Shown: one piece after another, positions 1 to 10,834 of the stretch | Position numbering within the stretch: position 1 is the first letter of the stretch | Layout: every line of letters starts with the position of its first letter | DNA from: Leptospira sp. | GTDB taxonomy: Bacteria > Spirochaetota > Leptospiria > Leptospirales > Leptospiraceae | Direction: 5' to 3' | Length of the DNA stretch: 64,000 nt | Assembly: GCA_034439575.1 (NCBI GenBank) | Contig: JAWXAQ010000030.1 | Span: forward strand, 128,001 to 192,000 | The notes under the pieces: generated by a model | Database searches by the model: none | What the model saw: only the letters and a program-made list of their open reading frames with translations | What the model was told of the DNA's origin: nothing | Made by a program: the position numbers and the translations under genes

Positions 1-1380
1 CTGAATAAAATTTAAATTTCTAGACTGTTTTTCTAAGTAAACTTTAAGATCAGTTAGATCAGCACCCAAATTATCATGCATCATGATTTGCATATCTGAG
101 CGTTGTTTGGCTAGAGCATTCATATTTTCTTCTGCCATTTTAAATTCCAATTCAGATCTGCTTTCTATGGCATAAGTGAAATATTTTCCTAACGATAAAG
201 ATTGAAAAATTACATAAATTAAATAACCAAGGATCAAATAAAGACCTCCTTGGATTCCTAAAAAATTAAGTGAAATTGATAGAAAACAAAAAATGGCCAA
301 ACTGAATAATCCTATACCCATTAAATAGTAGGATTCCCTATTTTTTTTATTCAAATATAAAAGCAAAAATGAATGAAGTAAAAAAAACAAAAGGAAAATT
401 ATGAGATACAATAAATTCAAATAATAACGATGTCTACCATCGATGAGTGGAGAAAAACATGCGCCCAAAGCACCAAAATAAAAAATATAATTTATAAATG
501 AAAATTTTTTCCTTTGAAACAATGTATTTAGAAATAAATTTCCAGCCATAAAGGATAAAATATTGATAAAATGCAATATCATCATTTCTTTCTCAAAGCT
601 GAATGTCGGTAAAACATATTCATACATTTTAGAATTCAAAAAAGGGATCCGCATTAAAAAAGTAAAACAAATGATGGAGAAAAATAAAAATGCATGTTGG
701 CTTCTATTGAGTAAGAAGAAAAACAAGTGATATACAAATGATCCAAATATTAATCCGAAGACAAACATCTCTACCATGATTGTCTTAATTTGATAAAGTT
801 GGATTTGTTTAAAACTACCTAATAAGAATTCTGCTCTAGGACCGCCTAGATAAAATTTGCTATTAGAAATTTGTAATATTATATCTAAATAATTCTCATT
901 TGTGTTAATATCAACACTCGTATTAGATCTCAACGGAATCATTTTGTCTAAGTCGTTTGAAACCTTTCCCGTTTCATGTACCATTTTTCCATTTACAAAT
1001 AGTTTAGAAGACGTATGTAAATTATGATAGAAAATAGAAAATATTCTAGGTTGGTTCTGATCTTGTACTTTAACTTTAAATCTATAAGTAGCGAAACCAG
1101 ACGCTTGTAATTTTTCATTTCCCACCTTATGGTATGTCCAAGGCCGAAACGACTCAATTTCTGAAATTCGATCGAAAACTGATTCAATTTCGAAATCTTT
1201 TGGCTCATATAATTTTTGCCAATAAAATTCCCAAGGGTAAGAAAGATTAACAGGAATTTGGTTCTCCCAATCAATTGTCGATAAATCCAAATTCTCCTTT
1301 TTATTAGCTAAAGAATTTATATCCGTATAACAATTTGATATGATTAAAACAAACGCGCATATAATAAGCCTTTTAATCAT
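1..1380 (-). CDS. 7TM-DISM sensor histidine kinase, HisKA_3 (NarX/UhpB-like) type; 3' end runs off the window
   Basis: Not in the ORF track; translated by hand from ATG at 1380: MIKRLIICAFVLIISNC..PWEFYW..KLFVNGK.., several TM helices, then H-box QIMMHDNLGADL. ATGA overlap with the upstream response regulator stop. Confidence 0.85.
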   Translation of the reverse strand, partial: MIKRLIICAFVLIISNCYTDINSLANKKENLDLSTIDWENQIPVNLSYPWEFYWQKLYEPKDFEIESVFDRISEIESFRPWTYHKVGNEKLQASGFATYRFKVKVQDQNQPRIFSIFYHNLHTSSKLFVNGKMVHETGKVSNDLDKMIPLRSNTSVDINTNENYLDIILQISNSKFYLGGPRAEFLLGSFKQIQLYQIKTIMVEMFVFGLIFGSFVYHLFFFLLNRSQHAFLFFSIICFTFLMRIPFLNSKMYEYVLPTFSFEKEMMILHFINILSFMAGNLFLNTLFQRKKFSFINYIFYFGALGACFSPLIDGRHRYYLNLLYLIIFLLFFLLHSFLLLYLNKKNRESYYLMGIGLFSLAIFCFLSISLNFLGIQGGLYLILGYLIYVIFQSLSLGKYFTYAIESRSELEFKMAEENMNALAKQRSDMQIMMHDNLGADLTDLKVYLEKQSRNLNFIQ

Positions 1381-2015
1381 TTGAGAATAGAATATTCGTG
1401 GACCTTTGAAGCTAATTCAGATCGATTATGAACATGCAATTTTTTGTAAATTGATTTCACATAACCATGAACTGTATGCTCACTCAGATCAAGAAACTTA
1501 GCCAAGGAAAGAATAGTTTTTCCTTTGACAAGTAATTCTAACACCTGTTTTTCGCGATCTGTGAGCTTGAATGATGGTTTATGAATCGGTTTTCGAAAAT
1601 TAGCGAAAACTCTCAGAGCAATCGTAGGAGTAATTGTCGCTCCACCTTCAATTACCACTTTAATAATTTCATCCATCTGCCCTAGTTCTGATTTCAAAAT
1701 ATAACCGAGTGCACCATTCTGAATCGAATTAAAAATCATTTCATCTGAATTCATATTGGTCAACATGATCACTTTTATATCTGGATTTCTCTCAGCGAGC
1801 AAATTGACCAAATCAATACCATTCATACCTGGAAGCATTATATCAAGAAATAGAATATCAATTTTTTTATGTTCTGAATCGCGAAGAAATGTCTCTGCTG
1901 AATTCCATGACTTGATAGTAGAAATTAAATCTAAACCAGATAATCTCTCTTTAACTTCTTCTAAAAAGTATTCATCATTTTCAAGAATTCCGACGAGATA
2001 TTGATTTTTTATCAT
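1377..2015 (-). CDS. NarL/LuxR-family DNA-binding response regulator
   Basis: Receiver (ILFLDIMLPGMNG, MLT, GYILK) plus LuxR HTH (LTDREKQVL..TVHGYVKSIYKKL). Confidence 0.95.
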   Translation of the reverse strand: MIKNQYLVGILENDEYFLEEVKERLSGLDLISTIKSWNSAETFLRDSEHKKIDILFLDIMLPGMNGIDLVNLLAERNPDIKVIMLTNMNSDEMIFNSIQNGALGYILKSELGQMDEIIKVVIEGGATITPTIALRVFANFRKPIHKPSFKLTDREKQVLELLVKGKTILSLAKFLDLSEHTVHGYVKSIYKKLHVHNRSELASKVHEYSILK

Positions 2016-2045
2016 TTTTAGCTCTGTAATTATCGAAAATTAGAT

Positions 2046-5000
2046 CTATACTTTAGCATATTCTAAATTAATGGTTTTGATCGATAAATTTTCTCGCATT
2101 TTAATGAACTCAGAATTTGGAACCAAACCATCTTCATCCATGGAATACTCGGATTTTAGCCTTTTCAGAAAATACATATCAACTTCACCTTTTCCTTTTG
2201 CTTTTATTTTTCCTCTATAATCGCATTCAAAATAATCTTTTATTTTTTCATACGTTGTTCCAGAAATATTGATCTCCCCTTTTTCTCCTGAAGATTCCAT
2301 TCGACTAGCAGTATTGACAGAATCTCCCCAAATATCATAGGCAAATTTATTATTTCCGATGACGCCAGCAGTCACAGGACCTGTGTGAATTCCTATTCTC
2401 AATTCCCAAAATGGTAACTCAAGAGCCTTTTTTATTTCTCCCATCTGAAGCATAAAAGATCGAAATTCCATAGCGGCAAGACAAGTATCAATTGCATGAG
2501 TGTTATTTGGAACTGGCAATCCCCCCGCACACATATAAGCATCACCAATTGTTTTTAATTTTTCCAAATTGTTATGTAAAATAATTTCATCAAATTGACT
2601 AAAACATCCATCCAATTCCCTGATCAAATCTTCTGGACTTAACTTCTCAGATATTTGTGTAAATCCAACAAAGTCAGTAAAAAGAACAGTTGCCGATTCG
2701 ATTAACTGAGGTTTAACGACATTAGTTGACTTCAATTCTTCTGCAATTTTTTTTGGTAAAATATTTTCGAGTAGTTTATCTGACTTCTCTCTTTCTTGTT
2801 CTACTTGTTTGTATAGATTTGAACTATAAATAATTCCTGCTAATTGTTCCCCCAATATAGATAAGTAAGTGATTTCTTCTTTGGTATGTTTCATTTTTCC
2901 CAAATTATATAAATCAAGAAAACCAATTGGCTTATTCTGCAAGATCAACGGAATCACAACTAAAGATTCAAATTTTATTAAGTTATGGATGAAATCTTCT
3001 TCTGGAGATAGAGCAGATTTTTTGACTCTTAGTGCATAAATAGGCCTTTTATATTTAAATGCCAATGCATGAGCTCCTATTTTTTGTGTAACGGGAATAG
3101 ACATACTAGAAATTTTTTGTTTATCTCGAGTAGAAACAAAATCAGGAAGAAAAGAATCCAAATGAATTAAATTTTTACCTTCGCTGTCTAATACACTCAA
3201 TCCATAATATTCTAATTTAAAATTTGAATTTATATATAAATGAACTTTTTGCATAATCGTTTTGATATCCAAATTTTCATTTAAACTTTTTATTAATAGA
3301 TTCAATTGTTCTGCAAATTTTTTCTGTTTTTCGGATTCTAATTTGGATTTTGTCGCTACATCTTTTTCTTTCATGACCAAAGTTAACAAATGATTGTTGT
3401 CGATGGAACCTGCGATTTGGAAGCAAAGATTTGAGATTTTATTAATCTCTTTCTTGGAAAGCAACATTGGTTTATCAAAATTTGTAAATGCAGTTATGCC
3501 AATACATTGATTGTTTCGAACCAGTGGTACTATTAAAAAAGATGTAAAACCTATATTTTCTATAAGCTCTTTATCGATAGCATAATCAGTTTTTGGAATT
3601 CTTCGAAGGTAGAGCGGTTTTTTACTTTTAAATACTTTGAATAAGAATCCGCCTTCTTCACTCAAAGGTATTGTTTTATTCAATAAAAAATCTTTGACCT
3701 TTTCATCCACATCAGTAAATGCATTGAATTTAGAAGCTAACAAAAATTGGCTACCATCATTCGGAAGCAGAAGCCAAGAACCTAATATACCATATCTCTC
3801 AAACGTATGTTTACTCAATTCTTGTAATATCAATTCTAAATTGGTCAGTGAATTTACCTTGCTTGTAAATTGATTTAAATCAACAATTTCTTCCTTAGTG
3901 ACCTCCAAATCACGAGTACGCAATTGCACCTTTTGTTCGAGTTCACTAGATAATTCTTCACTTATATTGAATGCGTCGCCAATTCTATGAGCAAGTGCAG
4001 CCGCTTGAGTAAAAATGAAAAAAAACAATCCATAAGGTAAGATTAATCCTATACCAATTAAAAAATTATAAAAAAGTAAATCGTTCAATGCAGCAATGAA
4101 GTAGGCACTGAATCCAATTAACATCAGTCTTGCTCCCTTACGTTTAAAACGAACAGCTTGAATTAAGATATAAGTTACATATGCCATTGCCAATAGGGTG
4201 ATCACTTGAAAAATTAGTAAAGTGGATGTGAATACTTCGATGGGTGTTAATATAACAATTGCAATGAAGATACTAGGCAATATTATGAATATTCGTCTAA
4301 CAGCTAACTTAAACTCTTCAGGAAAAAGTGAGTTCAAAAATAAGAAAAAAGGAGGAATCAGTGAATAAAAACCAAGGTATTCCATTCTAAGAAAAAAGGA
4401 GAACGGTATGTTTGGAAACATTTGCATAAATAACCTTTCCCCTGTAAATACAAGACGAATAGTCATCACCAAACATAAAATACCAAACCATAAGGCAGAT
4501 GTATCTTTCTTTCGATAGAAAAATAAGGATAAATGATATAAGGCAATAATTAACAACACACCAAGTAAAAATATCTGGAAGAAATAATTTCTTTGTTTGC
4601 TTACGAAAATTCTCTCTGCCGTATCAATCTTTATCGGGGTCTGAAAACCTCCATTCTTGTGAACATGATTTGAAATGATCATTACCACATCTAAGGAGGA
4701 TTTGTTTTCGGTATAGATCTTGCCATATTGTGTTAGGTAAATCGCTCGCTCTGAATCTGCCTCCAAAGACGGCTTCCCATTTTTTGCAACCAATTCACCA
4801 TCTATGTACATCTCATAGGCAGAACCTTGTCCATCTTCTATGTAAAAACCAAGGTCATTACCGTTAGGTGGAACCAAAACCTTCAACTTAAAACTTGCAT
4901 AACCGTGGCCAGGAATGGTCTGAGGATTCGCAATTTTTAAATCATTCCATTTACCAGGAACCCATATAAATTCTTTTTCCTTTGGCGAATCAATTTCAAA

Positions 5001-5228
5001 TAGGATATTCTTATTCCAATAAAATTCCCAATCACCATTTAGTTTTAAAGATCCATTTCTTTCAAAATCCCAATCTCTTAAGTCCAATACCCCTTGCTTC
5101 GCTAACGGGATTTCCAAATTTTGTTCAACTTGACTGCAGGATATCAAAATCGTAACCAAAGTTAAAGCAACGAATGTGTTAGATATTTTTTTCAACATGG
5201 TATAAGAAATATTTTTTTTAAACGGCAT
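2046..5228 (-). CDS. Membrane class III adenylate cyclase with 7TM-DISM sensor and two GAF domains
   Basis: LDLRDWDF..GDWEFYW extracellular domain, TM bundle, two GAF-like segments, cyclase motifs LFTDFVGFT, EKLKTIGDAYM, YDIWGDSVNTASRME (K and D suggest ATP specificity). Start placed at ATG 5228 after a GAGGAA RBS; the ORF track starts at 5366. Confidence 0.92.
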   Translation of the reverse strand: MPFKKNISYTMLKKISNTFVALTLVTILISCSQVEQNLEIPLAKQGVLDLRDWDFERNGSLKLNGDWEFYWNKNILFEIDSPKEKEFIWVPGKWNDLKIANPQTIPGHGYASFKLKVLVPPNGNDLGFYIEDGQGSAYEMYIDGELVAKNGKPSLEADSERAIYLTQYGKIYTENKSSLDVVMIISNHVHKNGGFQTPIKIDTAERIFVSKQRNYFFQIFLLGVLLIIALYHLSLFFYRKKDTSALWFGILCLVMTIRLVFTGERLFMQMFPNIPFSFFLRMEYLGFYSLIPPFFLFLNSLFPEEFKLAVRRIFIILPSIFIAIVILTPIEVFTSTLLIFQVITLLAMAYVTYILIQAVRFKRKGARLMLIGFSAYFIAALNDLLFYNFLIGIGLILPYGLFFFIFTQAAALAHRIGDAFNISEELSSELEQKVQLRTRDLEVTKEEIVDLNQFTSKVNSLTNLELILQELSKHTFERYGILGSWLLLPNDGSQFLLASKFNAFTDVDEKVKDFLLNKTIPLSEEGGFLFKVFKSKKPLYLRRIPKTDYAIDKELIENIGFTSFLIVPLVRNNQCIGITAFTNFDKPMLLSKKEINKISNLCFQIAGSIDNNHLLTLVMKEKDVATKSKLESEKQKKFAEQLNLLIKSLNENLDIKTIMQKVHLYINSNFKLEYYGLSVLDSEGKNLIHLDSFLPDFVSTRDKQKISSMSIPVTQKIGAHALAFKYKRPIYALRVKKSALSPEEDFIHNLIKFESLVVIPLILQNKPIGFLDLYNLGKMKHTKEEITYLSILGEQLAGIIYSSNLYKQVEQEREKSDKLLENILPKKIAEELKSTNVVKPQLIESATVLFTDFVGFTQISEKLSPEDLIRELDGCFSQFDEIILHNNLEKLKTIGDAYMCAGGLPVPNNTHAIDTCLAAMEFRSFMLQMGEIKKALELPFWELRIGIHTGPVTAGVIGNNKFAYDIWGDSVNTASRMESSGEKGEINISGTTYEKIKDYFECDYRGKIKAKGKGEVDMYFLKRLKSEYSMDEDGLVPNSEFIKMRENLSIKTINLEYAKV

Positions 5229-5572
5229 TTGATCTGTATTTCCTCGGGAATCACATGGATACCAAAAGTGGTTTTCGAAGAAAGTATTTATTTCTAATAG
5301 CCATCCCCCTAAACAGGGGGTAATTGAATGGAATAATTTTAATGAAATGGTATTGCACAGGTTCACAAAATTATATTAGATCATTTGCATATATCTCCTA
5401 TCAAACTAAATAGATACGTAATTATAATTGCAATCAGCGCAAAGGTTATAGTAGGAAAAAAATTCCGATTCTAGTCTAATATTTCATGCTTGAAAGTTAT
5501 TTTGCCTCTCATATGCTATATAAATCAGGGACAAGTTTATCTCCCTATTTCAAGAAAGGATTCGTTTTCACT

Positions 5573-6624
5573 ATGTATAAATATTTGTTCATCACATTTT
5601 TCTTTTTATCAATCATTAATATCACCGCATCTCCATTAGACGATGATGATGATGTCATTTTTTATCCTACATTTATGTATTTAGACTCAAGCAAAAATAC
5701 CTACAAAGTCAAAATTCATCTGCATGTTTTTGAGAAAAAAGAAGATTCAATTAAGCGTAAATTTTTATTACATTATTTAAATTCTGAAATAGGTGATGAT
5801 AGTTCTACGCAGACAGATTTATTAAAGAACGAGCAAAATGGTTTCTAATTGATAATAAACGTGGAAAAGAAGTCTCTATTGAATTATTTGGGAAAATTTA
5901 TCAATTAAACGAAACAGAGCCAAACGGCCGCTCAATGACAGAAATATCTATAGATAAATCACTTATTTTATCCAAAGATGAGCAAAATGGGTATATAGAA
6001 TTCAAGAGTTCCACAACTAAAAGAAATAAAAATACTTATCCTGGAAAATTCTTTCTCGTCAAAGAAGATTCTACCTGCCTAATTTCGGATATAGACGATA
6101 CCTTGAAAATAAGTGATGTGAGAAACAAAAAAGCCTTATTAGCAAATAGTTTTGTCAGGCCTTTTGCATTAGTTCAAGGCATGAATGATTTTTATAATTC
6201 ACTACTTTCTAAAGATAATACTTGTTTTGTGAATGTCAGTGCTAGTCCTTGGCAAATGTATACGATCTTACATCAATTTTTTGAAGCTAGTGGCTTTCCA
6301 CAAACCGCTTATTACATGAAGGATTTTCGATTAAAAGATTCAGATTTCTTTAATCTTTTTGAAAAACCAGAAGAATACAAATACAACACTATCGAACCGA
6401 TATTAAACGAATGGAAAAAGGTAAAATTTATTTTAGTAGGAGATTCTGGTGAAAAAGACCCAGAAGCCTATGCCAGACTTGCCCTTAAATATCAAAATCA
6501 AGTCAGTCAAATTTTTATCAGAATCGCGTATGAAGAAAATCTTGATGATCGAATCGCCAAAGTTTTTGAAAAAATTCCAAAAAGTAAGTATCGCTTTTTT
6601 AAGAATGTCCAAGAAATAAAATGA
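5573..6624 (+). pseudogene. App1-family (DUF2183) phosphatidate phosphatase split by a frameshift near 5815-5825
   Basis: N-terminal ORF ends at 5848; another frame reads FIKERAKWFLIDNKRGKEV..TEPNGRSM into ORF 5935-6624, which has ISDIDDT, VSASPW and LVGDSGEKDPEAY motifs. Confidence 0.75.
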
Positions 6625-6749
6625 CAAATGTATATTGCCCCAACTTAATGATGGGGAAATAAGTATAAAAATACGAATATAATTAGAATAAATTTTTATA
6701 AATTATAATAGGTATTGATGAAAACTTAATGTTGTGTTAGGTGTAAAAT

Positions 6750-6800
6750 CCGCACAGCCCACGAACCTCACCCCTCCACCCAATCTCGGGCGGGGGATCG
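6750..6800. repeat. GC-rich intergenic palindromic element (REP-like or bidirectional terminator) between convergent genes
   Basis: GC-rich patch in AT-rich DNA; CCCCTCCACCC-AATCTC-GGGCGGGGG can form a stem with wobble pairs. Confidence 0.45.
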
Positions 6801-6816
6801 TAAAATTCCCATATTA

Positions 6817-7530
6817 TTATGTCTCATAATCTATTCCCCCCCTCCTTCCCAATTCCTTTAAAATTTCAAACCGAAGTGTTGTGAACTCTGTATGAAAATC
6901 ATTTCGATTTCTTTCTAGCATTGCATTTTTATGTTCTAAGCCATCTGTCTTTGGTTCCGTTCCATGAACCATTTGCAACATTTGTTTTTCCGAATCCCAA
7001 ATGCTAAACGTTAAAAAATTTCGAAAAGGACGAAACGCAGCGAACGCATAATGTTTCCCATGATGATCCCTAACTTGTTTTTCCACCGGCTTTCCCCATT
7101 TCGCAAAACGAATTGTATGTGAAAGTTTTAAGCGTGCAAGTGTAATGGCAACCATCGGTGTTTCCAAAGCCGAATATTTAGGATAAACCGTTGCAGATTC
7201 TAATTCGCTAATTTTTCCCCACCTCCTATACAATCGCAATCGAATTTGCCAACCGGAATGAATGGGATAATTTTGACATTGAGATAAAAATAAATTCAAA
7301 TCTTCTTCAGTTTGCCAGAATGCAATGAGTACAATCTGCGTTAGGTGATAACGTCTTTTAGAAAAAATAGACTCTCCTAGTTCCATGGGGATCAAAGTTT
7401 CTGAATGGATAAGACCTTTAATTTTTTTCTGCTTTAAATAAAAAAACAAGTAATAGGGAAGTTTATAAATCGGAACTTCAAAACGATGAAAACTAAAAAC
7501 TTCTTGTGTAGGTATTGGTTTCTGTGACAT
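6817..7530 (-). CDS. DUF3291 / spheroidene monooxygenase (CrtA)-like dimeric alpha-beta barrel protein
   Basis: Duplicated motifs IAFWQTEEDL and TFSIWDSEKQM..HKNAM..EFTTLRF. Confidence 0.6.
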   Translation of the reverse strand: MSQKPIPTQEVFSFHRFEVPIYKLPYYLFFYLKQKKIKGLIHSETLIPMELGESIFSKRRYHLTQIVLIAFWQTEEDLNLFLSQCQNYPIHSGWQIRLRLYRRWGKISELESATVYPKYSALETPMVAITLARLKLSHTIRFAKWGKPVEKQVRDHHGKHYAFAAFRPFRNFLTFSIWDSEKQMLQMVHGTEPKTDGLEHKNAMLERNRNDFHTEFTTLRFEILKELGRRGGIDYET

Positions 7531-7543
7531 TTATTATTATCTT

Positions 7544-8350
7544 ATGAATGAAAAATATTTATTGCTGTTTGTTCTTATTTTTGGATATACCATAGCGCCC
7601 TTCTTTAGCAATCGTTTGCTTTTGAATCATTCAAGAACATATTCCATAATTCACATCATTTCTCTTATATTTATCATTATTGCCATCCTTTTAAATATAC
7701 CACAATTAACTATTTTATGGCCTATTTTTTGTTGTCTTGGTTTATTTTTATTTTGCAAAATTCGAATGGCATGTTTGTTTCAGGGATTTACTTTTATTGG
7801 CTTATTTCCATTTGGGTTTAGTATACTATCTTCTATTTGGTTTTATTGTGGAATTAACAACTATTATCTCCTTGGCTATAATCAGACATGGAGTTACTAC
7901 GCTGCCCTTCATGGATGTTTTATAGGTTGGCTATTTTTATCGGGTATCACTTTTCTTTCCGAAAAAAATAAAGATTCAAAAATGTATCCTTATCTTAGCC
8001 TAAGTATCGTTATTATATTTCTATTAATTGCTTTTGGAATTTTTGGATCTCCCATCATAAAAAGAATCGGTGTGATTGGTTATTCCCTTCTATTACCATT
8101 TTCTCTTTGGAACGCAAATAAATTGTTTCAAAGTCAAAATTTCATTTCCATATCCCTAGCCAGATGTAGTATTTTTTTTCTTTGTTTCACCCTTATATTT
8201 GCCCTCTTACATGAATTTTATCTAGGTTTTCCTAGATATATTTACGGGTATTCATTAATGGTTTTACTGCATGGAATTACGAATGCGTTTATCGTGATTC
8301 CTTGTTTTCTGAGCTCACTCCTGTTAGCCGAAAACAAATCAAGGAAGTGA
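7544..8350 (+). CDS. Multi-pass membrane protein, YndJ-like
   Basis: Many hydrophobic helices with intramembrane His motifs AALHG and LLHGITNA. Confidence 0.55.
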   Translation: MNEKYLLLFVLIFGYTIAPFFSNRLLLNHSRTYSIIHIISLIFIIIAILLNIPQLTILWPIFCCLGLFLFCKIRMACLFQGFTFIGLFPFGFSILSSIWFYCGINNYYLLGYNQTWSYYAALHGCFIGWLFLSGITFLSEKNKDSKMYPYLSLSIVIIFLLIAFGIFGSPIIKRIGVIGYSLLLPFSLWNANKLFQSQNFISISLARCSIFFLCFTLIFALLHEFYLGFPRYIYGYSLMVLLHGITNAFIVIPCFLSSLLLAENKSRK

Positions 8351-8391
8351 TTTTATTCTTATAAAATTTAAGAACTTAATTGTATACCTTT

Positions 8392-8481
8392 GGGCGTTCC
8401 CATTTTGTTAGACGAGAAAAGTATCTTAGTTAAGGGGTCGGGCTCTCCTTTCGGCACTGCCTCCAGTCGATCCCTAACGCG
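8392..8481. repeat. GC-rich REP-like intergenic element downstream of a stop codon
   Basis: GGGCGTTCCC..GGGGTCGGGCT..GATCCCTAACGC with inverted ends GCGTT/AACGC; single copy in this window, so repeat status is inferred. Confidence 0.5.
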
Positions 8482-8772
8482 GAAAAAATTATCCTATCAT
8501 TGAGTCAATTTCTGGGACATTAACTTGCACGGATTATTATTCAAAATTTGGCTACTACCACTTATATATTATATTATTGCAGAGTTTCGAGGATGATATA
8601 CGTCTCTGTGTAGAAAATTGATATCGAAATCATCCAAAATAAAATAAGCACTGAACTTATGCCCATCGGTATAAATTCTGAATCAATGATTGATGTCACT
8701 TTCGCTATATTACTTTTGCATTTTTGACAGACATAATTTGACCGGATTTCTATCGTAGAGAATCTGTTGTGG

Positions 8773-8808
8773 TTTTAATCGATATCAATCGTTTGATTTC
8801 GATTAAAA
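8773..8808. promoter_or_regulatory. 16-bp inverted repeat (possible operator or hairpin) upstream of the SRPBCC gene
   Basis: TTTTAATCGATATCAA-TCGT-TTGATTTCGATTAAAA, one mismatch, ending 27 bp before ATG 8836. Confidence 0.5.
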
Positions 8809-8835
8809 TTTAACAGAAAATTTTAAATAAATAAC

Positions 8836-9312
8836 ATGAATGATCGAGAATTAAAAATAGAAAGAGTTGTTGAAGTGCAAGCGGAGCTTCTTTGGAAATG
8901 TTGGACTGAACCTAAACATCTGATCCCATGGTTTACGCCGAAACCTTGGCAAACAATTGACGCCAAGTGCGAGTTAGTCGCTGGAGGAGAATTTTATACT
9001 TTGATGAAATCACCAGAAGGCGAACAATTTTCCAATCATGGCATCTACTTGGAATTAATAAAAAACAAACGAATAGTTTGGACGGATGCTATTCTTAAAG
9101 GTTGGATACCCACCGAAGATTCGTCCGATAGACCCTTTCGCGGAATATTTCAACTTGATTTTGAAGACATAGGCAATGGCAAATCAAAATTCACTGGCAC
9201 AGCTCGGCACTGGAATATTGAAGAATGCAAAAAACATGCAGAAATGGGATTTCATGAAGGTTGGGGAACTGCCCTTGATCAACTGATAGAGTATTCTAAA
9301 ACGATTAAATAA
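8836..9312 (+). CDS. SRPBCC / AHSA1-like domain protein
   Basis: IERVV..LLWKCWTEP..WF.PKPW..GGEF..MGFHEGWGTALDQL. Confidence 0.92.
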   Translation: MNDRELKIERVVEVQAELLWKCWTEPKHLIPWFTPKPWQTIDAKCELVAGGEFYTLMKSPEGEQFSNHGIYLELIKNKRIVWTDAILKGWIPTEDSSDRPFRGIFQLDFEDIGNGKSKFTGTARHWNIEECKKHAEMGFHEGWGTALDQLIEYSKTIK

Positions 9313-9404
9313 TTGAGTAAAAGTATCACTATAACAATGGTTATTATGCAAAACTTTTTAGAAAACAAGCATACAAAATTCAAACTAATAAAGGTAAATG
9401 AATT

Positions 9405-10316
9405 ATGAATTTTTTGCTAAATATCATAAAAAAACTTTTAAATAAAATATTTGCTAAATCTTATCTTGAAGCAGATTCGAAATCAGGTTTGTGGCTTGAT
9501 TGGGCAAATGATACGGAAATAACCAAACGTAAAAATCATGAATACCTTTTTGCTTTCAAAAAATATGGATATGTTCGTATCCCTAAATTGATCTCAGATA
9601 ATCTTTGCGACGCATTAAATGATGAATTCAAAAATCATTCGATAAAAGAAAATGTGATCACTGCAATAGATGAATTTGGTCTTCATTCCCGATTGTGTAA
9701 CTTCCATATGGAATCAAAGACCGCAAAGGAAATTGCATTCAACAAAATACTTTTAGATATCCTAGATCAAATATTTGATTCAGAAACCATTTTATGTTCA
9801 AGCCTTTACTTTGAAAAAGGTAGTGAACAAAGAATACATCGAGATGGTCCATTTTTTTATACTTCACCAAAGAATCTCTTTGTAGGAGTTTGGATAGCTT
9901 TGGAAGATATTAAAGAAGGCACGGGAGAATTAATATATTATCCAAAGGGTCATACAATTCCAATTTCTGTTAATAATATCATAGCGAACGGAGGTGGATG
10001 GAATGAATATACCAAAGATATAGAATCAGAATGTAAAAAACAGAATCTATCTCTCCAAAAAAATATAGCAAATAAAGGTGATGTGTTAATTTGGCACGCC
10101 GAACTTCCGCATGGTGGAGCTGCAATCGAACATCCATCTCAATCGCATAAATCAATAGTTTTTCATTACAAAGCAAAATCAGTTCCCATTTATGGAGAAG
10201 AAGTTTTTTTTAAACGAGCTCCAGTGTCAAAATTTAATGTGTTTAAATATCGCTCCCATGGAAATAGAAAATACATTGATCAAGGAAAACCATTTTTTGC
10301 AAAAAATGAATATTAA
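9405..10316 (+). CDS. Phytanoyl-CoA dioxygenase (PhyH) family Fe(II)/2OG oxygenase
   Basis: GYVRIP, HRD (HxD), VWIALED, PKGH, GDVLIWHAELPHGG. Confidence 0.9.
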   Translation: MNFLLNIIKKLLNKIFAKSYLEADSKSGLWLDWANDTEITKRKNHEYLFAFKKYGYVRIPKLISDNLCDALNDEFKNHSIKENVITAIDEFGLHSRLCNFHMESKTAKEIAFNKILLDILDQIFDSETILCSSLYFEKGSEQRIHRDGPFFYTSPKNLFVGVWIALEDIKEGTGELIYYPKGHTIPISVNNIIANGGGWNEYTKDIESECKKQNLSLQKNIANKGDVLIWHAELPHGGAAIEHPSQSHKSIVFHYKAKSVPIYGEEVFFKRAPVSKFNVFKYRSHGNRKYIDQGKPFFAKNEY

Positions 10317-10834
10317 TTTTTATTGGATGTTGCAAAACTTTCACTTTTTAATTTCATCCTAGATTACATTAAGTTTGCTTAAGGCGAACTATAAAAAACG
10401 ATCAAAGCTGACAAGAATGCTTTGTGCTCCTTATACTTTCTATAAACTCCAGATGAGTTTACAATATGAATATAAGATAATTTCAAACCGATTCCTCTCC
10501 ACATGGCTCACATCGTTTAAATTAAATTTCCCTTCATATTTGAAGCTCTTTACTGCTTATTGAAAATAAGGTTTTACTAGAAATATATTACACTGAATTG
10601 ATCGCATTCATCTACCGTTTCACTTATGTATAAACGAAAAATTAATCTTTTGTTAGACTGGTAAAACTAAATAAAGAACTAACCATTAATAAAGAAGGCT
10701 TGCCATTACTTCCTTTCGGATGCGGTTTAAAATTTCCGAAATATACTTAAATTTGCTATTGCCATTTTGGATTTTTTTATGCATCACATATATTTTTATA
10801 TCCATATTTTCCATTTAGTTCACTGTCTCTAAAT

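Noticed and set aside
993-1274. 93-aa ORF in the supplied track
   Set aside because: Alternative frame inside the real kinase gene 1-1380.
1320-1347. TATCCGTATAACA, matching the left arm of the dif-like sites
   Set aside because: Lies within the kinase coding sequence (CYTD), has no correctly spaced second arm and no cassette context; treated as chance.
10375-10563. 62-aa ORF in the intergenic region
   Set aside because: TTG start, no recognisable motif or RBS.
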